Counted from the first letter of the stretch, positions 1 through 10,059 are shown. The stretch: DNA of 64,000 nucleotides from Planctomycetota bacterium (GCA_018671175.1 JABHIE010000030.1:2146-66145), one strand, 5' to 3'. Translations and numbers: made by a program. Notes: generated from the sequence alone by a model not told the origin.

Positions 1-1
1 G

Positions 2-367
2 TCTTACCGCATCCTCGTTGCCGACGACCAAGCCGATTGCCGAGACGCCATTCAAGCGTTACTCGACCGTCAGGGTTGGGCCACGACAACGGTTTGTGAC
101 GGCGCTTCGGCGCTTGAGCGCTTGCTCGACGAGACTTTTGACCTTTCCCTTCTTGATGTCCACATGCCCAGTTTGACCGGGCTTGAGGTTTTAGCGCAGC
201 TGCGATCTTTTAATCGCATTGTGCCGAGCATCATCATGACGGGCAATCCTTCCGCCAGCATTGAAACCGAAGCGCTCGATTTGGGCGCTATCACGATGCT
301 GCACAAACCGGTCTCTGCAGACATTCTCCGCATTACCATCGACCGTTTCTTTTCCCAGCGGGGTTAG
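2..367 (+). CDS. Response regulator receiver-domain protein (5' end at window edge)
   Basis: Frame open from position 2: SYRILVADDQ...SLLDVHMP..TG..LHKP, i.e. the canonical REC motifs (DD, phospho-Asp, T, KP). Any further N-terminal domain would lie outside the window. Confidence 0.88.
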   Translation, partial: SYRILVADDQADCRDAIQALLDRQGWATTTVCDGASALERLLDETFDLSLLDVHMPSLTGLEVLAQLRSFNRIVPSIIMTGNPSASIETEALDLGAITMLHKPVSADILRITIDRFFSQRG

Positions 368-424
368 CCCGCAACCCAAGCGGATCAATCCGCAACAAGT
401 CGGCCAAGCGCCGCATTTAAAACC

Positions 425-724
425 ATGGCTAAAAAAGTCGCAATCCGCCCTCTCGGTGACAAGGTGCTCGTCCAGCGCCTCGAAGCCGCTGCCGTTTCCG
501 CCGGTGGCATCGTCCTCCCTGACTCTGCAAAAGAAAAGCCAGCCGAAGGCACCATCATCGCGATGGGCGACGGCCGCTTGCTTGACGATGGCACTCGTTC
601 AGCGTTTGCTGTCTCTAAGGGCGACACGGTTCTTTTCACTTCTTACGCAGGCACCGAAGTTAAATGGTCTGGCGAAGAATTCCTAATCATGTCCGAGGAT
701 GACATCCTTGGCATCGTCGGCTAA
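425..724 (+). CDS. groES: Co-chaperonin GroES
   Basis: IRPLGDKVLV, GGIVLPDSAKEKP, DILGIV motifs; directly upstream of groEL. Confidence 0.98.
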   Translation: MAKKVAIRPLGDKVLVQRLEAAAVSAGGIVLPDSAKEKPAEGTIIAMGDGRLLDDGTRSAFAVSKGDTVLFTSYAGTEVKWSGEEFLIMSEDDILGIVG

Positions 725-736
725 GGGGTTTTTATC

Positions 737-2410
737 ATGGCTGTAAAACAAATTGCATTCGATCAAGAGGCACGCGAGCACATCCGTAATGGTGTCAAAA
801 AGCTTGCCGCAGCGGTCAAAGTTACTCTCGGCCCACGCGGTCGCAATGTCATCATCGAGAAAAGTTTCGGCACGCCCGTTGTCACCAAAGATGGTGTAAC
901 CGTCGCCCGCGAAGTCGAGCTCGAAAATCGCTGGGAAAACATTGGCGCGCAACTTGTTCGCCAGGTCTCTGCCAAAACAAGTGATGTCGCTGGCGATGGC
1001 ACGACCTCCGCTACTGTTCTCGCCGAAGCTATCTTCGAAGAAGGCCTACGCAATGTCACGGCTGGCGCAAACCCTGTCATGCTCAAGCGCGGCATCGAGG
1101 CGGGCGTTTCTGCAGTGATTGATTTCTTGCACAAAAAGAGCATCGCCGTCAAAAGCGTAAAAGAAATCGAGCAAGTCGGCACAATTGCGTCAAACAACGA
1201 CCCTGAGATTGGCTCTAAGTTAGCCGAGGCTTTTGAGCGCGTTGGCAAAGACGGCGTCATCACGGTTGAAGAGGGCAAGTCGCTCGACACCGAAATCACT
1301 TGGGTTGAAGGCATGCAATTTGACAAGGGCTACCTGTCACCGCACTTCGCTACCAACACCGAGTCCATGGAAGCTGTCTTGGAAGACGCCTATGTCATGA
1401 TTTTCGAGAAGAAAATCTCAAGCATTCGCGACATGCTTCCTTTACTTGAAGAGGTTGCCAAAAGCGGCAAGCCTCTTTTGATTGTTGCCGAAGACATCGA
1501 GGGCGAGGCTCTCGCAACTTTGGTGCTCAACAAGTTGCGTGGCATCTTTAAGTGTTGCGCCGTCAAGGCTCCTGGTTTTGGCGATCGTCGCAAAGCCATG
1601 ATGGACGACATCGCTGCCATTACTGGTGGCACATCACTCATGGAAGACATGGGCTACAAGCTCGATAACGCAACCATCGAGCATCTTGGTACCGCCAAGC
1701 GCATCGTTGTCGGCAAAGACGAGACAACGATCGTCGAAGGTGGTGGTGATGCTGCAGCAATCAAAGCTCGCAGCGAGCAAATCAAAGCTGAGGTTGAGCG
1801 CACGACTTCCGACTACGACCGCGAAAAGCTCATCGAGCGTTTGGCCAAGTTGTCGGGTGGCGTTGCTGTCCTTAACATTGGTGCTGCGACTGAAGCCGAG
1901 ATGAAAGAGAAAAAAGCCCGTGTCGAAGACGCGTTGCACTCAGTACGCGCAGCTTCCGAAGAGGGCGTTCTCCCTGGCGGCGGCACGGCTTTGGTGCGTG
2001 CGCAAAAAGCGATTGATGCTCTTGACCTAACCGGCGACATGCTGGCTGGCGCAGAGATTGTCAAACGCGCTCTTGAAGCACCAATGCGCCAAATCGCAAC
2101 CAACGCAGGCGTTGACGGCTCGATTGTTGTTGATTCTGTGCGCCGCGAAAAAGCCTTTGCTAAAGGCTACAACGCTGCGACAAACGAGTACATGGATTTA
2201 GTAAAAGCTGGCGTCATCGACCCGACTAAGGTTGTGCGCACGGCTCTGCAAAATGCTGCTTCTGTTTCGACTCTACTCCTCACAACTGAGGCTGTGGTTT
2301 CCGAAATCCCTGAGCCTGCTCCACCAATGCCTGGTGGTGGCGACCCAATGGGTGGCATGGGCGGAATGGGCGGCGGCATGCCCGGTATGGGCGGCATGGG
2401 CGGCTTCTAG
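737..2410 (+). CDS. groEL: Chaperonin GroEL
   Basis: [28 protein letters not shown] motifs; GGM-repeat tail. Confidence 0.99.
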   Translation: MAVKQIAFDQEAREHIRNGVKKLAAAVKVTLGPRGRNVIIEKSFGTPVVTKDGVTVAREVELENRWENIGAQLVRQVSAKTSDVAGDGTTSATVLAEAIFEEGLRNVTAGANPVMLKRGIEAGVSAVIDFLHKKSIAVKSVKEIEQVGTIASNNDPEIGSKLAEAFERVGKDGVITVEEGKSLDTEITWVEGMQFDKGYLSPHFATNTESMEAVLEDAYVMIFEKKISSIRDMLPLLEEVAKSGKPLLIVAEDIEGEALATLVLNKLRGIFKCCAVKAPGFGDRRKAMMDDIAAITGGTSLMEDMGYKLDNATIEHLGTAKRIVVGKDETTIVEGGGDAAAIKARSEQIKAEVERTTSDYDREKLIERLAKLSGGVAVLNIGAATEAEMKEKKARVEDALHSVRAASEEGVLPGGGTALVRAQKAIDALDLTGDMLAGAEIVKRALEAPMRQIATNAGVDGSIVVDSVRREKAFAKGYNAATNEYMDLVKAGVIDPTKVVRTALQNAASVSTLLLTTEAVVSEIPEPAPPMPGGGDPMGGMGGMGGGMPGMGGMGGF

Positions 2411-2446
2411 AGCTTGCCCTCAATCGCGCTTTGTTGCGCACAACGC

Positions 2447-2476
2447 AAAGGCGGCACTCAATTGAGTGCCGCCTTT
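2447..2476. terminator. Bidirectional intrinsic terminator
   Basis: Perfect 30-bp palindrome AAAGGCGGCACTCAATTGAGTGCCGCCTTT between convergent groEL and methyltransferase genes. Confidence 0.8.
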
Positions 2477-2492
2477 CTTACTTCAGCCACGC

Positions 2493-3242
2493 CTAAGAGC
2501 GCGGCTTGCGTTTTTTCTTTTTGCGCTTTGGCTTTTGCGCGGTTGCTGTATCAACTACCTCAATTGGCTTGCGCGCAATAATCAAATGCTGAAAACCGCG
2601 TAGAAAGAAATTTTGCTCTTCGGCGGCTTTGTGATAATTACCCTTCTTCAAATCTTTATTGCCGCGCACGACAACGACATGATCTACGATTTCGACAATC
2701 TGCGACAGCATGAAAATAAACTGTGAGCCAATCGGGACAAATGTGCCCTTCTTCAAAACATCTGCGGCATAAACGGCCATGTGCCCACCGGGTTTGACCA
2801 CCCGCCACATCTCTTCAAAAATTTGCCCCATTGCCTCAAAGTAAGCGTCTTCGCGGGCGTCTAATTCACCGACGCATTCTTTACGCTCGGAGTAGCGCAA
2901 GTTACGCCCATAAGGTGGGTCGATAAAAGCAAAATCAACTGAGTCGTCTTCGAGCGGCAAATGCCGTGCATCGCCCTCGACCACATCGCGGTGATGCGGT
3001 TGCAAATCAAAACCAAGCCCCTCGCGATTAAGGTCGGTGCATACATCAAGCGTTGTGCCTGAGCCGCACATTGGGTCGACAACAGTGCCGCCAATATCTG
3101 TGTAGCGCTCAAGCAAATTCCAAATCACCCACGATGGCGTAGCGCCGCGGTAGCTGGAACTGCCCTGCTCACCTTTGCCGTAATGTTGCGAAGGGTATTG
3201 CCAAAGAGTCGTCGTTTGAAGGCTGAGTTTAGGTTTAGGCAC
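2493..3242 (-). CDS. SAM-dependent amino-methyltransferase (DNA N6/N4 MTase or TRM11-like), orphan
   Basis: VDPMCGSGTT (motif I) and IDPPY (motif IV); basic C-terminal tail; no restriction endonuclease nearby. Confidence 0.8.
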   Translation of the reverse strand: MPKPKLSLQTTTLWQYPSQHYGKGEQGSSSYRGATPSWVIWNLLERYTDIGGTVVDPMCGSGTTLDVCTDLNREGLGFDLQPHHRDVVEGDARHLPLEDDSVDFAFIDPPYGRNLRYSERKECVGELDAREDAYFEAMGQIFEEMWRVVKPGGHMAVYAADVLKKGTFVPIGSQFIFMLSQIVEIVDHVVVVRGNKDLKKGNYHKAAEEQNFFLRGFQHLIIARKPIEVVDTATAQKPKRKKKKRKPRS

Positions 3243-3295
3243 GGGCAGATTTTACTCGTGCCCGCACCCAAATCATCTCATGCACTGAGAAGTCG

Positions 3296-4198
3296 TTAAC
3301 TCACGACCAACTTGGTCTTCACGCTGCCAATCACGCGGCTCGTGTAATCATCGAGGTACTCAACCATTGGGCGGAAAGTACCGGCCGTGTTTGGCGTAAA
3401 CAGGATGTCGTAACGCTCACCGGGGCCAAGTTCCCAGCTGGTTGCCTGAATCGGTGTCGGCATCGGGCGACCATCAGTTGCGACAACTTCAAAAGGCAAG
3501 CCGTTAAGACTGACGCGAGCCCATTGATAACTAGACTGAACCAAGCGCAAATACACCTTTTGGCCACGCTGCACAGCAATGGCAGTCATTGCATCAGCCG
3601 ATGCTGCCGCCGTTTCGCCGCCATTGATGACAAAGCCATCTGGGTTGAAGCGCGCAGTTTCAGGGCCGGACGCGATTAAGTTGTCATTCCAATTTGTATC
3701 GGTGGTCGCCAAGTTCCAGAGGACTTCCTCATCGAAAGTTGGGCCGCCGTCCCAGGCGCGATCGGTTGAGCCGTCGGCTGGACGCACAATGATGGTGCCA
3801 AACATGCCCTTGGCATAATGCAAGACCGTGTCGACATGACAGTGGTAATGGTAAGTACCCGCGTGAGGCGCGCGGAAGACATACTTGTAAGAGCCAAAAC
3901 CCGGCACTTCAAATGAAGTGGCCGGCACGCCATCATTGGCCTGATCTACATCTAAACCATGCAAGTGAATGGTGTGCGGCATGCCGCTGCGATTGTAGAA
4001 ATCGATGCTGCACATTTCGCCTTCGCGGAACTCAAGATGTGAGCCAAGCGAAGTGCGGTCGCCACCAAAGCCCTCGCCACCATGCTCTGGGTCAATGAAG
4101 CACCAAGCGAAATGATTACTGCCGCCAATCTCAATCGAACCCATCATGCGGGATTCAAGTTTCCAATCAGCCTGAACTATATTTCCGAGACCAGCCAT
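3296..4198 (-). CDS. Two-domain multicopper oxidase subunit carrying the T1 site, no signal peptide
   Basis: PHTIHLHG and GTYHYHCHVDTVLHYAKGM in domain 1; domain 2 (DGRP, PGERYD) lacks His motifs. Confidence 0.88.
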   Translation of the reverse strand: MAGLGNIVQADWKLESRMMGSIEIGGSNHFAWCFIDPEHGGEGFGGDRTSLGSHLEFREGEMCSIDFYNRSGMPHTIHLHGLDVDQANDGVPATSFEVPGFGSYKYVFRAPHAGTYHYHCHVDTVLHYAKGMFGTIIVRPADGSTDRAWDGGPTFDEEVLWNLATTDTNWNDNLIASGPETARFNPDGFVINGGETAAASADAMTAIAVQRGQKVYLRLVQSSYQWARVSLNGLPFEVVATDGRPMPTPIQATSWELGPGERYDILFTPNTAGTFRPMVEYLDDYTSRVIGSVKTKLVVS

Positions 4199-4201
4199 GA
4201 T

Positions 4202-5176
4202 TTAACTCGCAACAATGAGGGTGAGCTGACCATACGGGTAAAGACCATTTGCAGTCACCGCTGTCAGAGAGTGTGGGTGAAGCGGATAGGACCCCGCTTG
4301 CAAAACATTAAGAATGATGTCAACCGTTGAGCCGCCAGCGACTTCAAAAGTATCTTTCGCTGGCATCGCCGTAACCGGGACATTATTCCGCGCAACAATC
4401 TGCGCGTGGTAGCCATGGAAGTGAATGCTTTGGCGCATATGCCCAGAATTAGACATGCGCAACAAAACGCGTTCGCCGACATTGCAGGCGACAACTGAAT
4501 CAGGGTCAGCCGCGATATCGGGATAGGAGTAACCATTCAGCGTAAAGTAATTTGGCTGATACTCGGAGAGATTAGGCATCTGCAAATTCGCGGCAGCGAC
4601 ATTCCAGCGACTATCGGAATCTTGATAGTGCAGGGTGTACTCGCGATCAAACGCGGGGCCGCCATTCCACAACTCATTCAAGCCATTACTCGGCCGCGAA
4701 ACCATCGTGCCTGCCAAGCCACATGGGCCGGAAACGACTCGATAACTCTCTTGGCTAAGCTGATAGCTTCCTGCAGGTGGCATCGTAAACATAACCCAAC
4801 CTGTCTGCCCTGCAGGGACAACAGGCGCGACAACCACACCAGGGATGGAGGGCTGAAGTGGAACTCGACTCGAGTTCTTAAGGCCAAGTACAACCGTCTC
4901 GCCCTCAGTCGCCTCGAAGTACGGCAGCTTGCCGCGCTTGGCGGAGCCTTGATAGGGCTGGAAGCGATAAAAGTGCACGGTCGAACCATCGCCAAAAGAC
5001 TCGTCGGTTTCGACGGCCTCAATGGCCCAAAGGGTATACGCACCAGCGGGTTGCGCGGCAAATGCTCGCGGTAAAAGTGAGGTTCCTGAAGCTACAATTC
5101 CTGCTGTACACGCGAGTTTGCCCAAAAACGCTCGGCGGCTGGAGATGGCTCCAGCATTGGGGGGTATGGTGGTCAT
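4202..5176 (-). CDS. Tat-exported two-domain cupredoxin/multicopper oxidase subunit, no T1 site
   Basis: SSRRAFL twin-arginine signal; QSIHFHG and GSYPLHPH in domain 2. Confidence 0.85.
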   Translation of the reverse strand: MTTIPPNAGAISSRRAFLGKLACTAGIVASGTSLLPRAFAAQPAGAYTLWAIEAVETDESFGDGSTVHFYRFQPYQGSAKRGKLPYFEATEGETVVLGLKNSSRVPLQPSIPGVVVAPVVPAGQTGWVMFTMPPAGSYQLSQESYRVVSGPCGLAGTMVSRPSNGLNELWNGGPAFDREYTLHYQDSDSRWNVAAANLQMPNLSEYQPNYFTLNGYSYPDIAADPDSVVACNVGERVLLRMSNSGHMRQSIHFHGYHAQIVARNNVPVTAMPAKDTFEVAGGSTVDIILNVLQAGSYPLHPHSLTAVTANGLYPYGQLTLIVAS

Positions 5177-5260
5177 GTATAGACCTACCCCTTTTTCTTT
5201 TTGTGGTTCTCCTAAACATTAGTTATATATGAAGGCAACTCTAGGTAGACGCTAAAAAGC

Positions 5261-5292
5261 AAAAACAGACCGCACTCGAAAGTACGGTCTGT
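5261..5292 (-). terminator. Intrinsic terminator after tRNA-Leu
   Basis: Minus strand ACAGACCGTACT-TTCG-AGTGCGGTCTGT followed by a T-tract. Confidence 0.75.
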
Positions 5293-5298
5293 GAGTTT

Positions 5299-5387
5299 TG
5301 GTGCCGGGAACAGGGGTCGAACCTGCACTGAGTATTATCCCAACTTGGCCCTCAACCTTGCGCGTCTGCCAATTCCGCCATCCCGGC
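5299..5387 (-). tRNA. tRNA-Leu(GAG)
   Basis: GCCGGGA/TCCCGGC acceptor stem, ACCA end, GGTTCGA T-loop, long variable arm, anticodon loop TT-GAG-GG; two A.A mismatches in the anticodon stem. Confidence 0.9.
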
Positions 5388-5454
5388 TGGGTTAGGGGCG
5401 AATATTCTAGCCGAGCCTAGCCAAGCGTCAATGACAAACCATACTGGCGGGGGC

Positions 5455-7500
5455 TCAAAACGACAATTCTCCGTTGACCACGATGGAAACCTCGCGGCGG
5501 TGCGGCCGAAAGCCAAGCGAAAGCCACTCTAGTGCCTGAATCGGCACGAAATCAGCCAGCGCCTCGTCAAGCAAGGCAGGGACGCGCTGCGACTCTTCTT
5601 GGCGATACTTATTGGCGAGAGCCTCATCAACCACTTGAATCAAGGATGACTCTTCTGAAGATGACAGGTTTTCGCGATTGCCAAATAACTTTTCACGCTG
5701 GCGGCTCGTTTCGGCAGGGCGGTCGCGCGCCCAAACTTGGCTCATCTCACGACGAAACGCCTCTTGAGCTACACCTTTGGCGGACTGCTGAAACCAATGT
5801 TCAGCCTTTTGAGGGTCAAACCAAAAGAAAACGCTCGAGCCATTTTTGTGGGATGACAGCGCGGATTGAAAAGTATCGTCGAGCGATAATTTCTTTAACT
5901 TTGCATCACGCTCGCGGGCATCGACAAAGGCCGACTCAACGATGCGGTGTGCATACTTAAATGAATTGCTGACGACGAGCGTATCAAGGGCCTTAATCTC
6001 GGCGACCATGACTTCGCCCGTGCCTGGAATCAAAGGTGACGCAAAAGAAATGCCTCGCGTGCCGCCGTGCAAATCAACTGCGGTCAAGCGGTCTCGCCCA
6101 TCGCCGCCCGTAAATCGCTTCCAGTGCTGTTGGAAGAATTCCATCACGCGATCATATGCGCCGCGATCTTTGATTTTTATGAACACCGCATAGAGCGGCA
6201 TGGGTGCATTGTCGTGCTCAACATCTCGTTGGGCATCGGCAGGATAATTATCGGCGTGAAAGGCAATCGCTACCCCAGGCGCCGCAGCTCGGCCAATGTC
6301 TTCAAGAAGATGCATCAAGCCCTGGTATTGACTCGTGCCACCAATCGTTTCGTTAAGCAGCGTTCGGAAATCAGCGTCGAGCACACTTGAAGCCTCAAGC
6401 AATATTTTGCCCGGGTCTCCGCCAAGACAGGTGAATAAAAAACTGTCGGCTGGAACCATGCCCGCATATTTTCGCATACGAGAGGACGACATCGGTGGGC
6501 TCTGCAAAAACGAGCGCTGCGAAGGCGTTGCCGTACTCAAGTCGGTTGCACCGCCCAGCCTCAACTCGAAAGCATCGCCTCCGTGCAAATAGCCCGCTGC
6601 ATAGCGCAACAAATCGGTATCGAACATGGATCGCCCGATGCGATTAACCAACCCAGTGCCAGCCGGTGAAGGCCAACGCCCCAAAGTGTCACGCATCTTT
6701 TCCCAACGCAGGAAGACCTCAATCGGCTGGTCGCCAGGGGCTAAGTAGGCCTCAACTTGATCACGGAAAATAGAAGCCTCAGCGAGCGAATCTTGACCAG
6801 ACTGCAGCTGCAAACTATGCGCGGTTTCTAGCCACTCAGGGCGGCTCGCCAAAACAAGCACATCTTGGATGCGTTTTAGATAAGCGTCTTGATAACCAAA
6901 AGCCGAGAATTGCGGCAAACGATAGACATCATTGTCGAGTGATTGGATTTGCAAAGACTGTGGCAATTTTTCGCGCACCGTATCGAGCCCAAGCATGGCC
7001 ACACCCGCCTTGACCTTGAAAGAAACGCGCAGCATGACCATGCCGTCAAAATTTGCATTTAGGTTGGGTAAACCACGCCCAGAAAGCGCGACTTCTTGCA
7101 AGATGTCTTTCTCAAAATTTAGCCCCATCGGCAAACTTGCAGACACTTTTCTTAAGTTGGTGACGACCTGAGCAACGCCCATCTCGCGCCCCCATTCATC
7201 GAGCGCACCCGTTTTGTCGAGCCGGTCATGAATCTGGCTAGATTCAAAATCACCCCACAGTTTGGGCACTGGAAACTCATCGAAACTCTCACCCGCGCCT
7301 TTCCAGCGGAAAAAATATTCGACCTCGCGCGGCACAATGGCTGCCATGTCGTCTAGCCTTTTTTCAAACGGGTCAAAAAAGAATGTGACGAATAAAAAAT
7401 AGAAAACCACCAGAATGCTCGTGACAATCATGAGCGTCCAGTGGAGCCTGCGACTGGCGAGGACATCGCGCAATCGTTCGGTAAAAGTAATGTCTTTCAT
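5455..7500 (-). CDS. Membrane-anchored hypothetical protein (possibly DUF3352-like)
   Basis: 681-aa ORF with a single N-terminal TM helix; the family resemblance is tentative. Confidence 0.7.
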   Translation of the reverse strand: MKDITFTERLRDVLASRRLHWTLMIVTSILVVFYFLFVTFFFDPFEKRLDDMAAIVPREVEYFFRWKGAGESFDEFPVPKLWGDFESSQIHDRLDKTGALDEWGREMGVAQVVTNLRKVSASLPMGLNFEKDILQEVALSGRGLPNLNANFDGMVMLRVSFKVKAGVAMLGLDTVREKLPQSLQIQSLDNDVYRLPQFSAFGYQDAYLKRIQDVLVLASRPEWLETAHSLQLQSGQDSLAEASIFRDQVEAYLAPGDQPIEVFLRWEKMRDTLGRWPSPAGTGLVNRIGRSMFDTDLLRYAAGYLHGGDAFELRLGGATDLSTATPSQRSFLQSPPMSSSRMRKYAGMVPADSFLFTCLGGDPGKILLEASSVLDADFRTLLNETIGGTSQYQGLMHLLEDIGRAAAPGVAIAFHADNYPADAQRDVEHDNAPMPLYAVFIKIKDRGAYDRVMEFFQQHWKRFTGGDGRDRLTAVDLHGGTRGISFASPLIPGTGEVMVAEIKALDTLVVSNSFKYAHRIVESAFVDARERDAKLKKLSLDDTFQSALSSHKNGSSVFFWFDPQKAEHWFQQSAKGVAQEAFRREMSQVWARDRPAETSRQREKLFGNRENLSSSEESSLIQVVDEALANKYRQEESQRVPALLDEALADFVPIQALEWLSLGFRPHRREVSIVVNGELSF

Positions 7501-7608
7501 CGGGGGTTTGATTCAGACGGGCAAGGGTTAGAATCTCGTCCAAGAATCTCGAATCTTACCGCACGGCGGCCACTCAACGCACGCCGCAAGCCAGAAACGC
7601 AAAAGACC

Positions 7609-8838
7609 GTGACAAAGACCTCCACAAGCACAACACCTCGTCTCGCTGACCGCGTGGCATCTCTCCAGCCATCCGCCACTTTGGCCATGATTGCACGAGT
7701 CAAAGAAATGCAGGCTGATGGCATCGACATGCTCGACTTGACCGCAGGCGAGCCAGACTTCACGCCCCCGAGCTGCGCCGAAAAGGCCGGCATCGAGGCT
7801 ATTGAGCTTGGCAAGGGGCGCTACACGCCAGCTGCTGGCCTGATGGAGTTGCGTATTGAGGTCGCCAAGCACATCCGCGAGGTCTATGGGCTTGATTATG
7901 AGCCCACCGAAATTGTGGTGACTCACGGGGCCAAAATCGGCATCGCCCAGGCTCTGCTCGCTCTCGTGCAAAAAGGGGATCATGTCTTGATGCCGTCCCC
8001 ATGCTGGACTTCCTACCCCGAGATGGTGCGCTTGGCTGAAGCTGAGCCCGAAATGGTGCCGTGCGGCGAAAACCATCTTCCAAACATTGCCGACCTTGAA
8101 GCTGCGCGCCGCCCGAATACGCGGGCAATCTTGCTCAATTCGCCCTGCAACCCAACGGGCGCGGTCTACCCCGTCGAAACCCTCAGCGCGATTGGCAAGT
8201 GGGCACTCGAACACGACATCTGGGTCATTTCAGACGAAATATACGGGGCGCTCGTTTACGAAATCGCTGAGCATCACTCACCCATCTGGATTCTTCCCGC
8301 CTTGCGCGAAAAAGCCGTCTGGATTGGCGGCATGAGCAAGGCCTACGCCATGACAGGCTGGCGGATGGGTTTCCTGGCTGCACCAGCGCCAATCGCCAAA
8401 GCCATTGCGAGCCTGCAAAGCCAGCTCGCCGGCTCGCCAAGTGCAATTAGTCAGCTTGCCACGCTCGCTGCTTTACGCGATGGCGATCTCGATGTCGAAA
8501 GCATGCGTCGCGCCTTTGAGGGCCGATGCAAAAAAGTAGTCCAAGCTCTTGGCACGATGCCCGACCTGATTTGCCCTGTGCCTGAAGGTGCGTTTTACGC
8601 TTTCCCGCGATTGGCAGACACAATCATCGGCAAAACCGACCCCGCCACGGGCAAGACAATCCAGAGCGGTGATGATTTAGTGGAAGTCTTAATCGAGGCC
8701 GATCATGTTGCGTTTGTTGCCGGTTCGGCATTTGGCGCACCCGATTCATTCCGCATTTCTTTCGCAGCGGCCGACGATGTCATCGAAAAAGCGATGGCTA
8801 AATTGGGTGCAAGGCTTCAAGCCATCCGCGAGAATTAG
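7609..8838 (+). CDS. PLP-dependent class I/II aminotransferase (aspartate aminotransferase-like)
   Basis: GEPDF, NSPCNPTG, SDEIY, SKAYAMTGWRMG; start moved to GTG 7609 to avoid overlap with the divergent gene. Confidence 0.93.
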   Translation: MTKTSTSTTPRLADRVASLQPSATLAMIARVKEMQADGIDMLDLTAGEPDFTPPSCAEKAGIEAIELGKGRYTPAAGLMELRIEVAKHIREVYGLDYEPTEIVVTHGAKIGIAQALLALVQKGDHVLMPSPCWTSYPEMVRLAEAEPEMVPCGENHLPNIADLEAARRPNTRAILLNSPCNPTGAVYPVETLSAIGKWALEHDIWVISDEIYGALVYEIAEHHSPIWILPALREKAVWIGGMSKAYAMTGWRMGFLAAPAPIAKAIASLQSQLAGSPSAISQLATLAALRDGDLDVESMRRAFEGRCKKVVQALGTMPDLICPVPEGAFYAFPRLADTIIGKTDPATGKTIQSGDDLVEVLIEADHVAFVAGSAFGAPDSFRISFAAADDVIEKAMAKLGARLQAIREN

Positions 8839-9971
8839 CGCACATACATTTGCGCCTGAGCACCGCGGACAAAGCGACGCTTGAAGCGCAACTCAAGGCG
8901 TTTCAATAGTGTGCGTACCCACGCGCAGCACTTCTTGCGGCGGCCTTGACGCGCGCCCGTTGCCAAAAACGACTGCAAATCATCTTTAAGCTCGCGCACA
9001 TCTTTATAGCGGACGAGTGGGTCATCTTCGAGCGCGCGCAAAACGATACGCCTAAGCTCAGCAGGAATTTCATTTTTCAAGCTACGCATACGGATGGCCG
9101 TCTTACGGCGAAGCCCCAAACGATTCTCGCTTACAGGTGGTTTTTCAAAAACTAAACTATGATACAGAACGGCGCCTAAACCATAAACATCATCGGAAGG
9201 TGTGGCTTCTTGCCAATCATTCCGAGCAGGGCTTAGCCAAGGCTGCATTTTGTTAATTGCGGCAGGAATGAGGGGCGCCCCGTTGCCGAAGTCAATCCAT
9301 TTTGCGACCCCCTCTGGAGTGACAATAATATTGCCTGGCCAAACCGCACCGTGAACGACCCCTGAGTCATGGGCGAGGCAAAGCGCGTCTGCGAGCTGGA
9401 TGGCAACATGCGTCATGCCGTAAGCCCAGCCCTCGAATGTATCTTTAAACGGGAGCGATATTGGGAGCGGACGCTCACCCGAAGCCGACCACTTATCAAG
9501 CAAATGATCCACGCGCATACCGTGAACCCATTCGCGTGCGAGGAATGCAGCGCGCCCTTGTCTGCCAACGGCGTAGACCTGTGCGATATTGGGATGCTCA
9601 AGCTTGGCCGCCAATCGAGCAGATTTTTCGAAAACCTCAAAGCCATCTTTCGTTGCCGTGGCGTCGCGACGGAAAATCCGAAGTGCGACACGACGCTTTA
9701 GATTGACATCACGCGCTTCCCACAAAACAGCCGTTGCGGTGCGCTGCATTTCTGCAATCAGCCGATAGCCGCCCAATTGATAGCCAGGCTTTAATGCGGC
9801 ACCGAACAAAAAGGCTTCTTTGCCAAGCACTAGTGATGGCGGCGAACTCGAGCTGCTCGACGCATCTTGACGCTTAAGAGCTAGCTGTGGCAGCGGCTGG
9901 CGGCATGCGCATTCTTCAGGCAACGCGGTTGTTGCTGAAGCGGAAATGGCAAGATTGGTACTCGGTTTCAT
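8835..9971 (-). CDS. Hanks-type Ser/Thr kinase-like protein, probable pseudokinase
   Basis: LEHPNI, DFG and DVYGLG retained; VALRI, HGAVWPGN and a missing Gly-loop indicate loss of catalytic residues. Confidence 0.85.
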   Translation of the reverse strand: MKPSTNLAISASATTALPEECACRQPLPQLALKRQDASSSSSSPPSLVLGKEAFLFGAALKPGYQLGGYRLIAEMQRTATAVLWEARDVNLKRRVALRIFRRDATATKDGFEVFEKSARLAAKLEHPNIAQVYAVGRQGRAAFLAREWVHGMRVDHLLDKWSASGERPLPISLPFKDTFEGWAYGMTHVAIQLADALCLAHDSGVVHGAVWPGNIIVTPEGVAKWIDFGNGAPLIPAAINKMQPWLSPARNDWQEATPSDDVYGLGAVLYHSLVFEKPPVSENRLGLRRKTAIRMRSLKNEIPAELRRIVLRALEDDPLVRYKDVRELKDDLQSFLATGARQGRRKKCCAWVRTLLKRLELRFKRRFVRGAQAQMYVR

Positions 9972-10059
9972 GTGACCTTTCGGGCAAATTAGAGGCTGGG
10001 GGCTCTCCCTTTATTTAGAGGGGGCCAGCCAAAGAGTTAACCAACTTAAATATAAATAT

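Noticed and set aside
2324-2407. GGM low-complexity repeats
   Set aside because: The ordinary GroEL C-terminal tail
2447-2476. CIRCE-like half-sites GCACTC/GAGTGC near groEL
   Set aside because: The spacer is 4 nt rather than 9 and the site is downstream of groEL; a terminator explains it. No CIRCE is seen upstream of groES.
7441-7608. N-terminal extension of the aminotransferase ORF
   Set aside because: It overlaps the divergent gene and shows no family similarity; GTG 7609 is preferred
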